From: Octopus sinensis
Taxonomy: Eukaryota
DNA: 64,000 nucleotides
Assembly: GCF_006345805.1 (NCBI RefSeq)
Contig: NC_043005.1
Coordinates: 23,250,001 to 23,314,000 of the forward strand
Reading direction: 5' to 3'
Part shown: in pieces, positions 26,350 to 37,665 of the stretch
Numbering within the stretch: position 1 is the stretch's first letter
How the letters are laid out: every line of letters begins with the position of its first letter
Translations under genes and position numbers: made by a program
The notes under the pieces: model-generated
What the model saw: the letters and a program-made list of their open reading frames with translations, nothing else
Database searches by the model: none
What the model was told of the DNA's origin: nothing

Positions 26350-27439
26350 CTTTAGTATTATTAAGCTTATAAGTTGTGCTCCATGGACAGCTAAGGAGGG
26401 TACTCAGTCACTGATGAAATCCCAACACAAGATTAAAACTAGTCCAGTTCATTGCCCTTTTTCTGCTCATGGAGATATTCTATACAAAGACAAGATATTT
26501 ACATCTGTCTATTACATACAGGTTTGGCTTAAGTCTAAAAAATATAGATTTTTTTTTTAATATAGATTAAACATACCACATTGTAGTATTGTATGAAACT
26601 AGATAATGGAGTCTTAGAAATAGTATTTATAAAAAGAAGATAGGATGATTATAGTTGGAACATCTTTTATTATAGGTCTGATTGATTAAGGAAGATTTAG
26701 AGTTAAACAACACTAAAACATCAATAGCAATATGAAAGCAAATGGTGTGATAGTGCCATTTAGTCAACCTCATATCTACTGATTAGTTAATATTATAGTG
26801 TGATAGTTTATAGTTTTCTCATAAATATATTTTACATTCTTTCTTATATTATCAACACGGCCTGCTCTACAGAGTGGTTGGTGTTAGGAAGGGCAACCAG
26901 CTGTAAAACTATGCCAAAGCAGACACAGAAGCATGGTGCAGGCTCCTGCCTGGCCAGCTCCTGTCAAACCATCCAATCTATGCCAACATGGAAAGAGGAC
27001 ATTAAATGATGATGATGATGATGATGATAGTGTGCTACTTATTGTCATTAGGCACAGGTGTTAGTAAATTATTAGATATTTGCTCACAGGTTTTGATCTC
27101 ACTGTACATAAAGCAGCAGAAATTCTGGTAGTGTGCCAATTTTGCCAATCCAATACCTTGAAATATGTGCTAAAATGCTAGAGGTTTATTGGATTAAATA
27201 TACATAGTTTTAAATTTATTGTAGAATACTGAACTTAAATTATGTTCTTAGCTGCCGAAGCATCTGAAAGGCGCTATTTTCTTACATTAATCACAACATT
27301 GGGGTTGTGATAAGAGAAAAAGAGATAGAGAGGATATAAAAACAGTTCATGCCATTTGACAAACATATGTGGCTCTTTACAAAATATCAACATGACTCAA
27401 GGTTGTGCCACCAAGTTTAGACTTAAATTTGTCCTTACA

Positions 27440-27700
27440 GTCTAAAACGGGATTTCCTAACAGTTGTGAAAGGTAGGAGAGTCCAGTTTGCTGGACATTG
27501 TTGTAGAGCTGAAAGCGAGACAATTTCTACTCTTCTCCTCTGGAAGCCATCTACTCGCAATACCAGAGGGCGCACACTCTCCTACCCTGATGTAATCTCC
27601 AGGTATACAGGCATCCAGCAACAGGGCCTCCGTAATGCTGGCGTAGCATGGTAAATTCCATTGTCTCGACCACGGTCGAACAATGATGATGATGATGAAC
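27440..27700 (+). mobile_element. RTE/RTEX-type LINE 3' terminus, 5'-truncated
   Basis: ORF 27466-27654 RRVQFAGHCCRA.SETISTLLLWKP...RGRTLSYPDVIS, followed by a (ATG)n tail. Confidence 0.7.
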
Positions 27701-27874
27701 AGTTAAAGTGAGGGATAAATAGATTAACAGAAAAACATGTTACCTCATATTATTATTAATGAGGACTTTTCAAAATTTTACAGATGGGCTTCAGATCAGT
27801 TTTAAAAGTTTCTAAAATTAAAATTCAGAATCTGAAGAAAATGGTAAGAATTTGAATCAGCAAAATGGTATTAA

Positions 27875-28093
27875 ACCTTTTGTTATCCACCCAGCTGAAA
27901 CCGGTTCTGGCTCTGAGTACAAATGCCTTGTTTTCAAAGTTTTGAATTAAAATCTTCCACCAAAGCTTAGTAACAATTTACATTCCTAACACTAGCTGAA
28001 TAATAACTAAGTTATTTTACTAAATTCTTTGTTATATTTAAAGTAATTGAAAGAAACATAAAGCATCTCAAAATAAATACAGTAATGAAAGGG
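27875..28093. mobile_element. piggyBac-like MITE
   Basis: TTAA on both flanks; termini acctttt.../...gaaaggg. Confidence 0.7.
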
Positions 28094-28134
28094 TTAAACA
28101 TCAAAAGATAGATATCAATAGGTTTGGTTACCAC

Positions 28135-28345
28135 AAGGCTGGCAGAATTGGTAGCACTCCAGACAAAATGCTTAGTGATATTTCGTTTGTCTTTATGTCT
28201 TGAGTTCAAATTTCAATGAGGTTGACTTTGCCTTTCATCCTTTCAAGATCAATAAAGTAAGTACCAGTTGATTGCTGGAGGGGTTGATATAATTGACTTA
28301 ACTCTTCCCTTGAAATTGCTGACCTTGTGCCAAAACTTGAAACCA
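28135..28345 (+). mobile_element. SINE family A
   Basis: Shared core. Confidence 0.7.
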
Positions 28346-28769
28346 ATAAGTTTGATTACTATGAGAACATGAAGAGTGGAAAAACTGATTTTTTTTTTAC
28401 AGAAACTTTATGCCAAATATTGCATTTTTTTCTCTTTTCTTGCAGCTTTTATGACAGACATTTGTTTTACAGTTAGCATATGAATTTAAAGATTAAATTT
28501 ATCTGTTGATTTTTTTTCTTTTATATTGTACCAGATATTCACATATATTTTGCTTATATTTTAATTCGTTTTCCTAAAATTCTTGCCAGGCGATGCTAAA
28601 TCTGCAATTATGTTGAAATGGTTCTAGTATTTTCATTTTTTGTTCTTTGTTTGACTATAAATTATGAAAAATAGCACAGTTTGAAAGTATTCAATGGAGT
28701 GTTAGTATGATTCAGCAAACACTTTATGCCCACCCAAAGAGATGTATTTCACTGGTGTTACTGGAGGAG

Positions 28770-28800
<31 letters not shown>

Positions 28801-28803
<3 letters not shown>

Positions 28804-31800
28804 GAAGTTCTTGAGGCCTTCTACCATGCCATATATTTCCCCACAGATAAATCTAACACTGTACAAACATACTTAAACTGGAGACAGAAACACCCTGAAG
28901 TAAGACCCTACATAGACAGTAAGAAACTTGCCAACATCAGAAGAAACATTATAAAAAAAAAATTACTGACTGAAGTAGAGATTGATCAAGTTAGACAAGC
29001 AATATCAGATAAAATGAACGAAGCTGCAGCTAGAGAAGATAATACAGAGGAAATAATTATAGACCAGCCCAGGGCTGATAAAAACGAAGTAAAGATTGAA
29101 AGAGTTAGTATAAGTGATAGGCAAAGTGAAATACTCCCTGAACCAATCATAAACACTAAGACAGATGAACAAATAGATAAAGAAAGTCACACAAATATTG
29201 ACCCAACAGAACTACATGAGCTAAAAAATCAAATCATGATTGAATGGCTGAAAATTAAAGAAACCAGTATGGATGAACGTGATGCACTCCCTAAAATCCG
29301 CAACTCTAACCAAAACATGAAAATAATTGGTAAAATCCAGCTTGCACTTAAGGATATAATTTCAGCTAATGATGATGATATCACAAATCTCAACCACCTA
29401 TACTATGCATCCGTGAAAATCTCAACGATCCTATGTGGTGTAAAGATTAGAAAACGGCAACATTCCCACAAAAAGCCTTCTTGGCAAGAGCGTCTGCAAC
29501 AACAAATTAAACTATTTAGATCTGACATTGAATATTTGAAAAACCTTAAGGCTCACAAGACTACCAAACCTACAAAAACCAAAAAATTACTGAAAAAATA
29601 CAATATGAAAACTATACTTGATATCGATGCCACCATAGAAACCATCAAACAAAAAGGTATCTGCCAAAGCTGCCCGCATAGCGAGGTATGAAAAGCATGT
29701 TAGATTTTTCAAGGACAACAACATGTTCAAAAATAATACCAAGAATTTTTACAGGAAGATAGGAAAAACAGCGTTTACTGCAAGGTCTGTACCATCAAAA
29801 GAAGAAGTGCAGGGATTTTGGAATAAAATTTGGGCAGAAGAAAAAACACACAACGAAAAGGCCCCCTGGATTGACAGAATATCTACAGAACTGGACCTCT
29901 TAGAAGAGCAAAAGTGGGAGGGTGTCAAGGTAGAAGATATAAGATCTGCTCTCAGGAGGTCAAGCAAATGGAAGTCTCCAGGAAAGGATAAAATTCCTAA
30001 CTTCTGGCTGAATGACTTCCCAGAGAGCCATGAACTGCTAACAGAACTTCACAATGATGTTTTGCAACATCCTAGTAGGATACCTCCTTGGCTAGTTAAT
30101 GGGTTAACATTCCTGCTTCCAAAAAGTGAAGAAACAAATGAACAAAAAAACTATAGACCCATAACCTGCTTAACAACTATGTATAAAACGCTAACATCTA
30201 TCCTGACGGAATATACTTATAGTTTTTTAACAGACAGCAGCATATTCCCTAATGAACAGAAAGATGTAAACGTGGATGCTACGGCTGTAAAGATCAACTA
30301 CTCATCAATAAGTTGATCTTAGAAGATTGTCACAAACGACACAAAAACTTATCAATAGCCTGGATAGACTATAAAAAGGCTTTTGATAGCCTACCACATA
30401 GCTGGATTAGGAAATGCCTGGAAATGTATAAGATAGCACCTACTCTGCGAAACTTTTTCACTGTAAGTATGAGATCATGGAGAACCACACTAACTCTGAA
30501 CAATGACAATGAATCCCTAAATGCTGGTGATGTAAAAATTGTGTGTGGCATTTTCCAGGGTGACTTTTGTTTAGCCTTAATACCTCTCTCAAAACTGCTC
30601 AATGACGCGCAGTACGGGTATAAAATGTTTGATAAAAATATAAATCATCTCATTTACATGGATGATTTAAAGCTTTTTGCAAAAAATGACCAACAACTCA
30701 AGGGCTTACTAGCGATAGTCAAACAATTCAGTGATGACATCAGAATGCAATTCGGCCTCGATAAATGTGCAAAAGCTACCTTTATCAAAGGAAAAATGAC
30801 AGAAACATCTAATGTTAACCTTGACCAGCAGAATGTCATAAAAGAACTAGACCCAGCAGAGAGCTAGAAGTACCTAGGGGTAATTGAAGGGAACGGAATA
30901 AGGCATTCAGAGATGAAGGAAAGGATCAGGAGAGAATGTTATCGAAGAGTGAGAGCAATACTCAAGACAGAGCTGAATGCAAGAAACAGGATCGAAGCGA
31001 TCAATGCATTAGCCATACCAGTCGTGACTTACAGTTTCAATATCGTTAATTGGTCAATTACTGAAATATGTCAGCTCAACAGAAAAATAAGAAAACTGTT
31101 GACAATGCATAGAATGCACCACCCTAAGGCAGATACAGAACAACTTTATCTGCCAAGAAAAGAGGGAGGCCGTGGTCTTTTGCAACTGGCAATAACAATG
31201 AAGATTGCTACAATTGGCCTAGACACCTACCTGAAAAAGTCTGAGGACTGGATGTTAAAATTGTCTCAAAACATGAAAACAAGAAAGCATCATACTCAGT
31301 AACAAAACAGGCAAAGGAATATCTAAGTGAATTCCGAATACAACAAATTTCGGAATTAGAGATAGACATACAAGAAACAAGCACAGAAAAAGCTAGGCGC
31401 ATGATAACTCGTGCCAAAACTGCGGCCTTAGATATTCTGAATAATAAATGGCAAGAAAAACCTCTCTATGGCAAATACCCAAAGAGAGCGAATAATGCAG
31501 ATATTGACAAAGCCCTGACCCATCAATGGCTAATGGCCTCTGGCTTAAAATCTGAAACAGAAGGGTTTATCATAGCAGCTCAAGATCAATGCCTACCAAC
31601 AAGAAACTACCAGGCCAACATATTAAAGAATGGCAGTAGCCCAACATGTCGTGTATGCCAACAACAAAATGAAACCATTGATCATGTTGTCTCCAAATGC
31701 AGTCTTCTAGCGCCTACAGAGTACCTCAACAGGCATGATAGAGCTGCACAATATATTCACTGGGTAATTTGCAAAAACCTGGATTTGCCCCATGAAAAAA

Positions 31801-32400
31801 ACTGGTGGGAACACAATCCACCTCCAGTGCTTGAAAATGACCACATCTCACTCCTCTGGAACTTCACCATTCAAACTGACAGAAAGATAGATGCAAATAG
31901 GCCAGACATCATATTGAAAGACTTCAGACAAAGAACATGCCTCGTCATTGATATGACTGTCCCAATCGATATAAACGTATCTGTCAAGACCTACCAAAAA
32001 CTGAGCAAATATAAAGATCTTGAAATAGAAATCAGCAAAATGTGGAACCTGAAGACTAAAACAATACCTGTTGTCATAGGTGCCCTGGGAATGATAGCAA
32101 AAGGGGCTGATTGCTACCTAACTCAGATACCAGGAAACCCCAAAATGGCAGAAATTCAAAAGATAGTGCCTATGGGAACTGCTCATATCCTACGCAAAAT
32201 ACTCTCTATGTAATCCCAAGGTTTAAAACAATTTTTTTTTTTTATGTATTAGACATTCACTAGTACAACACCCAAAAAAATCAAATATATGGCACACTAG
32301 GCATAACGACAACGTGAACTTCCAGCCTGTTGTCTCTTGAGGTCTCTGGGTGAGACTTGTACAGCCAACTTGTACAGACATAAAGCAAAAGTCAAACATA
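28801..32400 (+). mobile_element. R4/Dong-clade non-LTR retrotransposon (RT plus restriction-like endonuclease), frameshifted, probably 5'-truncated
   Basis: ORF pieces 28726-29691, 29723-30316, 30313-30867, 30913-31302, 31401-32213: [51 protein letters not shown] knuckle CRVC..ETIDHVVSKC, RHD, PDII..IDMTVP..K..KY; (AAT)n on both sides. Confidence 0.92.
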
Positions 32401-32401
32401 G

Positions 32402-32417
32402 AATAATAATAATAATG

Positions 32418-32494
<77 letters not shown>
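32402..32494. repeat. (AAT)n microsatellite at the 3' end of the R4/Dong element
   Basis: About 30 AAT units. Confidence 0.95.
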
Positions 32495-32495
<1 letters not shown>

Positions 32496-32733
32496 CATTC
32501 TACTATTAAAAATAATAATGGTTTCAAATTTTGGCACAAGGCCAGAGGTTTTGAGGAAGGGGTTTAGTCAATTGCATTGATTCCAATGCTTCAATGGAAC
32601 GCATTTTATCGACCCAAAAAGGATGAAGAATAAAGTCAACCTCAGTGGCATTTGAACCCAGAATGTAAACACGGATGGAATGTCGCTAAACATTTGCCCA
32701 GCGTGCTAATGGTTCTGCTAGCTTGCCACCTTC

Positions 32734-32772
<39 letters not shown>

Positions 32773-33016
32773 CCTTTCTACTAAATGCACAAGGCCTGAC
32801 ATTTTGGGGAGGGCGCTAGTTGATTACATGGAACCCAGTGCTTAACTGGTGCTTATTTTATCCAACAAAAGTTGACCTCGGTGATATTTGAACTCAGAAA
32901 TTAAAGATGGACAAAATGTTGCTAAATGTTTTGCCTGTCATGCTAACGATTCTGCAATCTTGCCACCTTCAATAATAATAATGATGATGATGATGACATG
33001 ATGTGTTATACATTTA

Positions 33017-33098
<82 letters not shown>

Positions 33099-33110
33099 TA
33101 TATATATATA

Positions 33111-33630
33111 TCATCATCATCATCATCATCATCGTTTAACGTCCACTTTCCATACTAGCATGGGTTGGACGATTTGACTGAGGTCTGGAAAACTAGATGG
33201 CTGCACCAGACCCCAATCAGATCTGGCAGAGTTTCTACAGCTGGATGCCCTTCCTAACACCAAACATTCCGAGAGTGTAGTGGGTGCTTTTATGTGCCAC
33301 CAGCACGAGGGCCAGTCAGGCAGTACTGGCTACGGCCATGCTCAAATGGTGCTTTTTATGTGCCACCTGCACAGGTGGCCAGTCCAGTGGCACTGGCAAC
33401 GACCTCGCTCAAATGTTTTTTCACATGCCACTAGCACAAGTGCTAGTAAGGTGACACAGGTAATGATCATGCTCAAATGGCGCTTTTTATGTGCCACCAG
33501 CACGGAGGCCAGCTTCTTGCTCTGGCAACGATCACACTCATATGGTACTCTTAGCATTCCACTAGCATGGATGCCAGTCATTGAATTTGATTTTGATTTT
33601 GATTTCACTTGCCTCAACAGGTCTTTGCAA
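33111..33630 (-). mobile_element. RTE LINE 3' UTR fragment with (GAT)n tail
   Basis: Similar to 44031-44560 but more diverged. Confidence 0.7.
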
Positions 33631-33821
33631 ATATATATATATATATATATATAAGCGGGACCAGCCATCTGAATGTGGCTAGGGACAGGGCGGGGTGGTG
33701 GGGGTGTTACTGATGCATTTAGCCCCAGGCGACTATAGACGTCACCAGGAGAGCCGACACCATCACGGTGTCCTTGCTAGCCTGCAAAGGGAGATCAGCC
33801 TCCCCGAAGATACGAATGCTA

Positions 33822-33864
33822 CACACGGACCGGTTTCGAGGTATTGCCTCTTGTCAGCGCTTGG
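33822..33864 (-). ncRNA. Type I hammerhead ribozyme, core-mutated copy
   Basis: Same as 34515-34556, but the core reads CUGACAA (G8 to A). Confidence 0.75.
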
Positions 33865-34180
33865 CAAACACCGTTCTTCGTTGAGGGACTTCCTCTACAG
33901 GCTAGAAATATATAGATTTTCACTGTAAACACAGTCACTGGCGTCGAAAATCTGTTCGATAACAATAATAAATCTCTAAGCGAGGTATAAACAGTAACTG
34001 CTCTGTAATATAAGCGGGACCAGCCATCTGAATGTGGCTAGGGACAGGGCGGGGTGGTGGGGGTGTTACTGATGCATTTAGCCCCAGGCGACTATAGACG
34101 TCACCAGGAGAGCCGACACCATCATGGTGTCCTTGCTAGCCTGCAAAGGGAGATCAGCCTCCCCGAAGATACGAATGCTA

Positions 34181-34222
34181 CACACGGACCGGTTTCGAGG
34201 TATTGCCTCTCGTCAGTGCATG
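34181..34222 (-). ncRNA. Type I hammerhead ribozyme, intact core, stem I terminal mismatch
   Basis: CUGACGA-gagg/cctc-GAAA-ccgg-UC; base 5' of the core is A (mispairs with C). Confidence 0.8.
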
Positions 34223-34514
34223 GCAAACACCATTCTTCGTTGAGGGACTTCAAGGACACCGTGATGGTGTCAGCTCTCCTGGTGACGTCTATAGTCGCCT
34301 GGGGCTAAATGCATCAGTAACACCCCCACCACCCCGCCCTGTCCCTAGCCACATTCAGATGGCTGGTCCCGCTTATATTACAGAGCAGTTACTGTTTAAA
34401 CCTCGCTTAGAGATTTATTATTGTTATCGAACAGATTTTCGACGCCAGTTTACAGTGAAAATCTATATATTTCTAGCCTGTAGAGGAAGTCCCTCAACGA
34501 AGAACGGTGTTTGC

Positions 34515-34556
34515 CATGCGCTGACGAGAGGCAATACCTCGAAACCGGTCCGTGTG
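34515..34556 (+). ncRNA. Type I hammerhead ribozyme, fully canonical
   Basis: catgcg | CUGACGA (34521-27) | gagg-caata-cctc | GAAA (34541-44) | palindromic ACCGGU | GUC cleavage triplet (C at 34550) | cgtgtg pairs with catgcg (4 WC + 2 GU). Confidence 0.88.
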
Positions 34557-34769
34557 TAGCATTCGTATCTTCGGGGAGGCTGATCTCCCTTTGCAGGCTA
34601 GCAAGGACACCGTGATGGTGTTGGCTCTCCTGGTGACGTCTATAGTCGCCTGGGGCTAAATGCATCAGTAACACCCCCACCACCCCGCCCTGTCCCTAGC
34701 CACATTCAGATGGCTGGTCCCGCTTATATTACAGAGCAGTTACTGTTTATACCTCGCTTAGAGATTTAT

Positions 34770-34807
<38 letters not shown>

Positions 34808-34889
34808 GTCAGTGTACATGTACAAATTGATCCTTCTGACACCAAACCCAACTGAGTTCCTTCATTCTATGATAAAAATCCCTCTATTT

Positions 34890-35240
34890 TAGGAGTTCTC
34901 AACCATTTTTTTTTTCTGTGGACCTCTTTGATTATTATTTCATTCTGGTGGAACTCTATGGCCATTCAATGTTTATAAACTAGTTTTATAGAAACTTCTT
35001 TCAAAATTCCTATTTTGTTTTCCACACATTAACTTGAATAGGTTGAACTATGTAATATGTTAAAGAAACCCATCTGTTTCTTGCAATACATACCAATACA
35101 TAGATCGAAAGCAAAAGATTTTTAGGGGCCCTTAAAATACTATTGTGGATTTTCAATTTACTATTTTGTTGCGTGGATCCCCACCCCGAAATCTCATAAG
35201 GACCCTCATGGGCCATATGGTCCCTGGTTGAGAAACACTG
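34890..35240. mobile_element. hAT (Buster/Charlie-type) MITE
   Basis: TIRs taggagttctcaacca / tggttgagaaacactg; 8-bp TSD ctctattt. Confidence 0.8.
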
Positions 35241-35400
35241 CTCTATTTTCAAGTGTTTATATTTAGATTCTTCCCTACCATCATAATAATTTGTAAGAAC
35301 CTATTAGGTTGTGTTCAAAAAATCATCTCAATGAGAGAGATTAGTTGTTTTATTAAAAAAAAAATCTAAATTTTTGTTCAAGAAGTGTGTGTGTGTGTGT

Positions 35401-35610
35401 GTTAGCGCGCTGGGCAAAATGCTTAGTGGTATTTTGTCTATCATTACGTTCTGAGTTCAAATTCCGCCGAGGTCGACTTTGCCTTTCATCCTCTCGGGGT
35501 TGATAAATAAAGTACCAGTTTCGCACTGGGGTCGATGTAATCGACTTAATCCCTTTGTCTGTCCTTGTTTGTCCCCTCTGTGTTTAGCCCCTTGTGGGCA
35601 GTAAAGAAAT
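35401..35610 (+). mobile_element. SINE family A, young-looking
   Basis: Close to 7509-7734 and 52711-52935. Confidence 0.8.
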
Positions 35611-36229
35611 AAATATTTGATAGAATTATTCACAATATATTACTGGTACTCTTTCAAATCTATGAGCAAGTTTCTTTATGGGTGATCTGCTTGTTAGAAA
35701 TAGCTACTGAATCTCTTTGAAATTTCATCCAAACATCATTTAAAAAGAGGAGCAGATTGGATAACGTAATCCTAGATATGCAATGTTTGAGAGAAGGATA
35801 GGATGACCAAGACTGGAAGCCTTTTTGATCATAGTTCTACTGGATAATATGTAACCTAGGACTAAGGTACAACAGATTAAAAGATTCATAGAGATTTCCA
35901 ACTTTAGTATGAAATTGGTTGTACATTTGGGGAAGTGGGGCAATCATAATGATGTTAGTCATATATTCGAAAAGATAAGGCATAGTGAATTTCAATAACC
36001 ACCATAAAGCTGGTTGGTATTTATTTCATATTCTTCTCAATTCTTAAAGATGTGACAAGCAGTCATGATACCTTAAACAAGAGCAAATAAGTTTGATTTA
36101 ACCCTCTTAGATAAAAACCTATCTGAGACCACCTCTGACATTTTGATATCAACCCAGCCCTGGTCTTATGGTACCAACCCATTTGAGACTACTCTGGATT
36201 TAACCCATCAGAGACTACCCATGGTTTTA

Positions 36230-37200
36230 CATAAATACATATACACCAATACACCTGAGATTTTTGGCTTTCTTCATTATCTACATCAATAACATAGTAG
36301 ACATCATCAAACGTTCTACATTGAAAATCTTTGTAGATGATTCCAAACTCCAGAAGGCCATAAACAGTATGGGAGACCAAATGTGCCTTCAGTCGGATTT
36401 GTTTGCTGTTGTCCAACAGGTAGGAAAGAACAATATGCTTCTAAATGAAGATGAGTTTAATTTGATCCACTTTGGAAAAGAGGATACTCTGTAACTACCA
36501 TATTCCCTTCCCTCGGGTGACTACCTAGTGTCATCCAACACCAGAGACCTTGGAGTAATTATTGATAACAATCTAAGCTGGAGTTCCCACATAAACAACA
36601 AGATTGACTTGGCCTGCAAGATGTGCTCCTGGATTCTGAGAACTTTCCAGTCTAGAGATCTCTACACCAGTCTAGAGATGCCACCTTGAATACTGTTGCC
36701 CACACTGTGGTCTTCCCACATGAAGCAACTCATTATGAAAGTGGAAGCACTCCAGAGCTCAATAACAAGAAAGATAGATGGCATGACAGGCATTGACTAA
36801 TGGGGTTGACTAAAAAAACTCAATCTCTACTCTCTCCAATGCCACCAGGGGCACTACATCATTTGTGTGATGTGGAAAATATTGCTCAAATGATGTTGGC
36901 ATCAATTTTAAAATCCACCCAAGACTTGGTCCCCGTGCTATCCACCCACTATAAAAATCGAACCCAGGATACATAACAAAATTACAACACAACTAATTTA
37001 TCTCAACTGGTCCAGCCCTTTTTAATATCATACCAAAATATGTCAAAACAGAAACAGATCCCATAAAATTTAAAAGTTCTCTGGACAAATTTCTTCAAAA
37101 ATCCTGGACCAACCTTCTACTCCTGGATATGTCTCCAACAATAACAACTCTTTGCTAGAATTGCCCATGGTGCCCCATATATGACTAAAAGACTTCACCA
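36230..37200 (+). mobile_element. CR1/L2-group LINE RT 3' relic
   Basis: ORF 36264-36494 FFIIYINNI..KIFVDDSKL..LQSDL..NNMLLN, then RDLGVIIDNNLSWSSHI and HLEYCCP-like motifs. Confidence 0.8.
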
Positions 37201-37454
37201 GGTGGTGCTATTAAGTTAGACATGGCCTGGGCCTATATTTTATATATACCAACTTGTTTGTGAATATCCTTTGTTTCATATAAAAATACTCTGAGACTAT
37301 TGCTGTTTTTATATAAACCAACTCACCTAAGAATATCTTGGGTTCTATGAGTAAAAACCTCTTATTTTAAGGTGTTCATATTTAAACTAACCCCCCCCCC
37401 TTTTCAATCTTAAGGAAGACCCTTTCATTAAATTATTTTTGAACAGTGATTTAA

Positions 37455-37665
37455 CCCTTTTTATACTAACCTGCTTGAAACCACCACCCCTGGTCCTTTA
37501 ATACAAACATTATATTTTAAAGTGATCTAAATTAGACCTTCCATCAAAATTTCATCCAATACCAGATTAAATAATGACAAAGTTATTTTACTAATTTCCT
37601 TATTGTTTTCAAAATTAATTGAAACAAAGGCGATGCATTTCAACAGAAATGTGATAACAACTGGG
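37455..37665. mobile_element. piggyBac-like MITE
   Basis: ttaa|ccctttt...ctggg|ttaa. Confidence 0.65.

Larger units (their letters stand above)
33652..34773. mobile_element. Hammerhead-containing tandem repeat (retrozyme-like), two divergent arms, inserted in (TA)n
   Basis: Left arm 33652-34251 has period 359 (taagcggga at 33652 and 34011); right arm 34251-34773 is the reverse complement, period 351 (8-bp deletion); (TA)n on both sides; three hammerhead motifs. Confidence 0.85.

Noticed and set aside
28726-28800. ATG and poly-Asn start of the 321-aa ORF as the real N-terminus
   Set aside because: It lies upstream of and within the (AAT)n target site, so it is read-through of flanking DNA.
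33695-33928. 77-84-aa ORFs repeated at 33695, 34054 and 34450 (MVGVLLMHLAPG...)
   Set aside because: GTG start, antisense to the ribozyme strand, no recognisable domain, and only repeated because the unit is repeated.
33652-34773. Possible CRISPR array, rDNA/5S or mitochondrial control-region insert
   Set aside because: No short repeat/spacer structure and no recognisable rRNA or tRNA motifs; the hammerhead explains the unit better.
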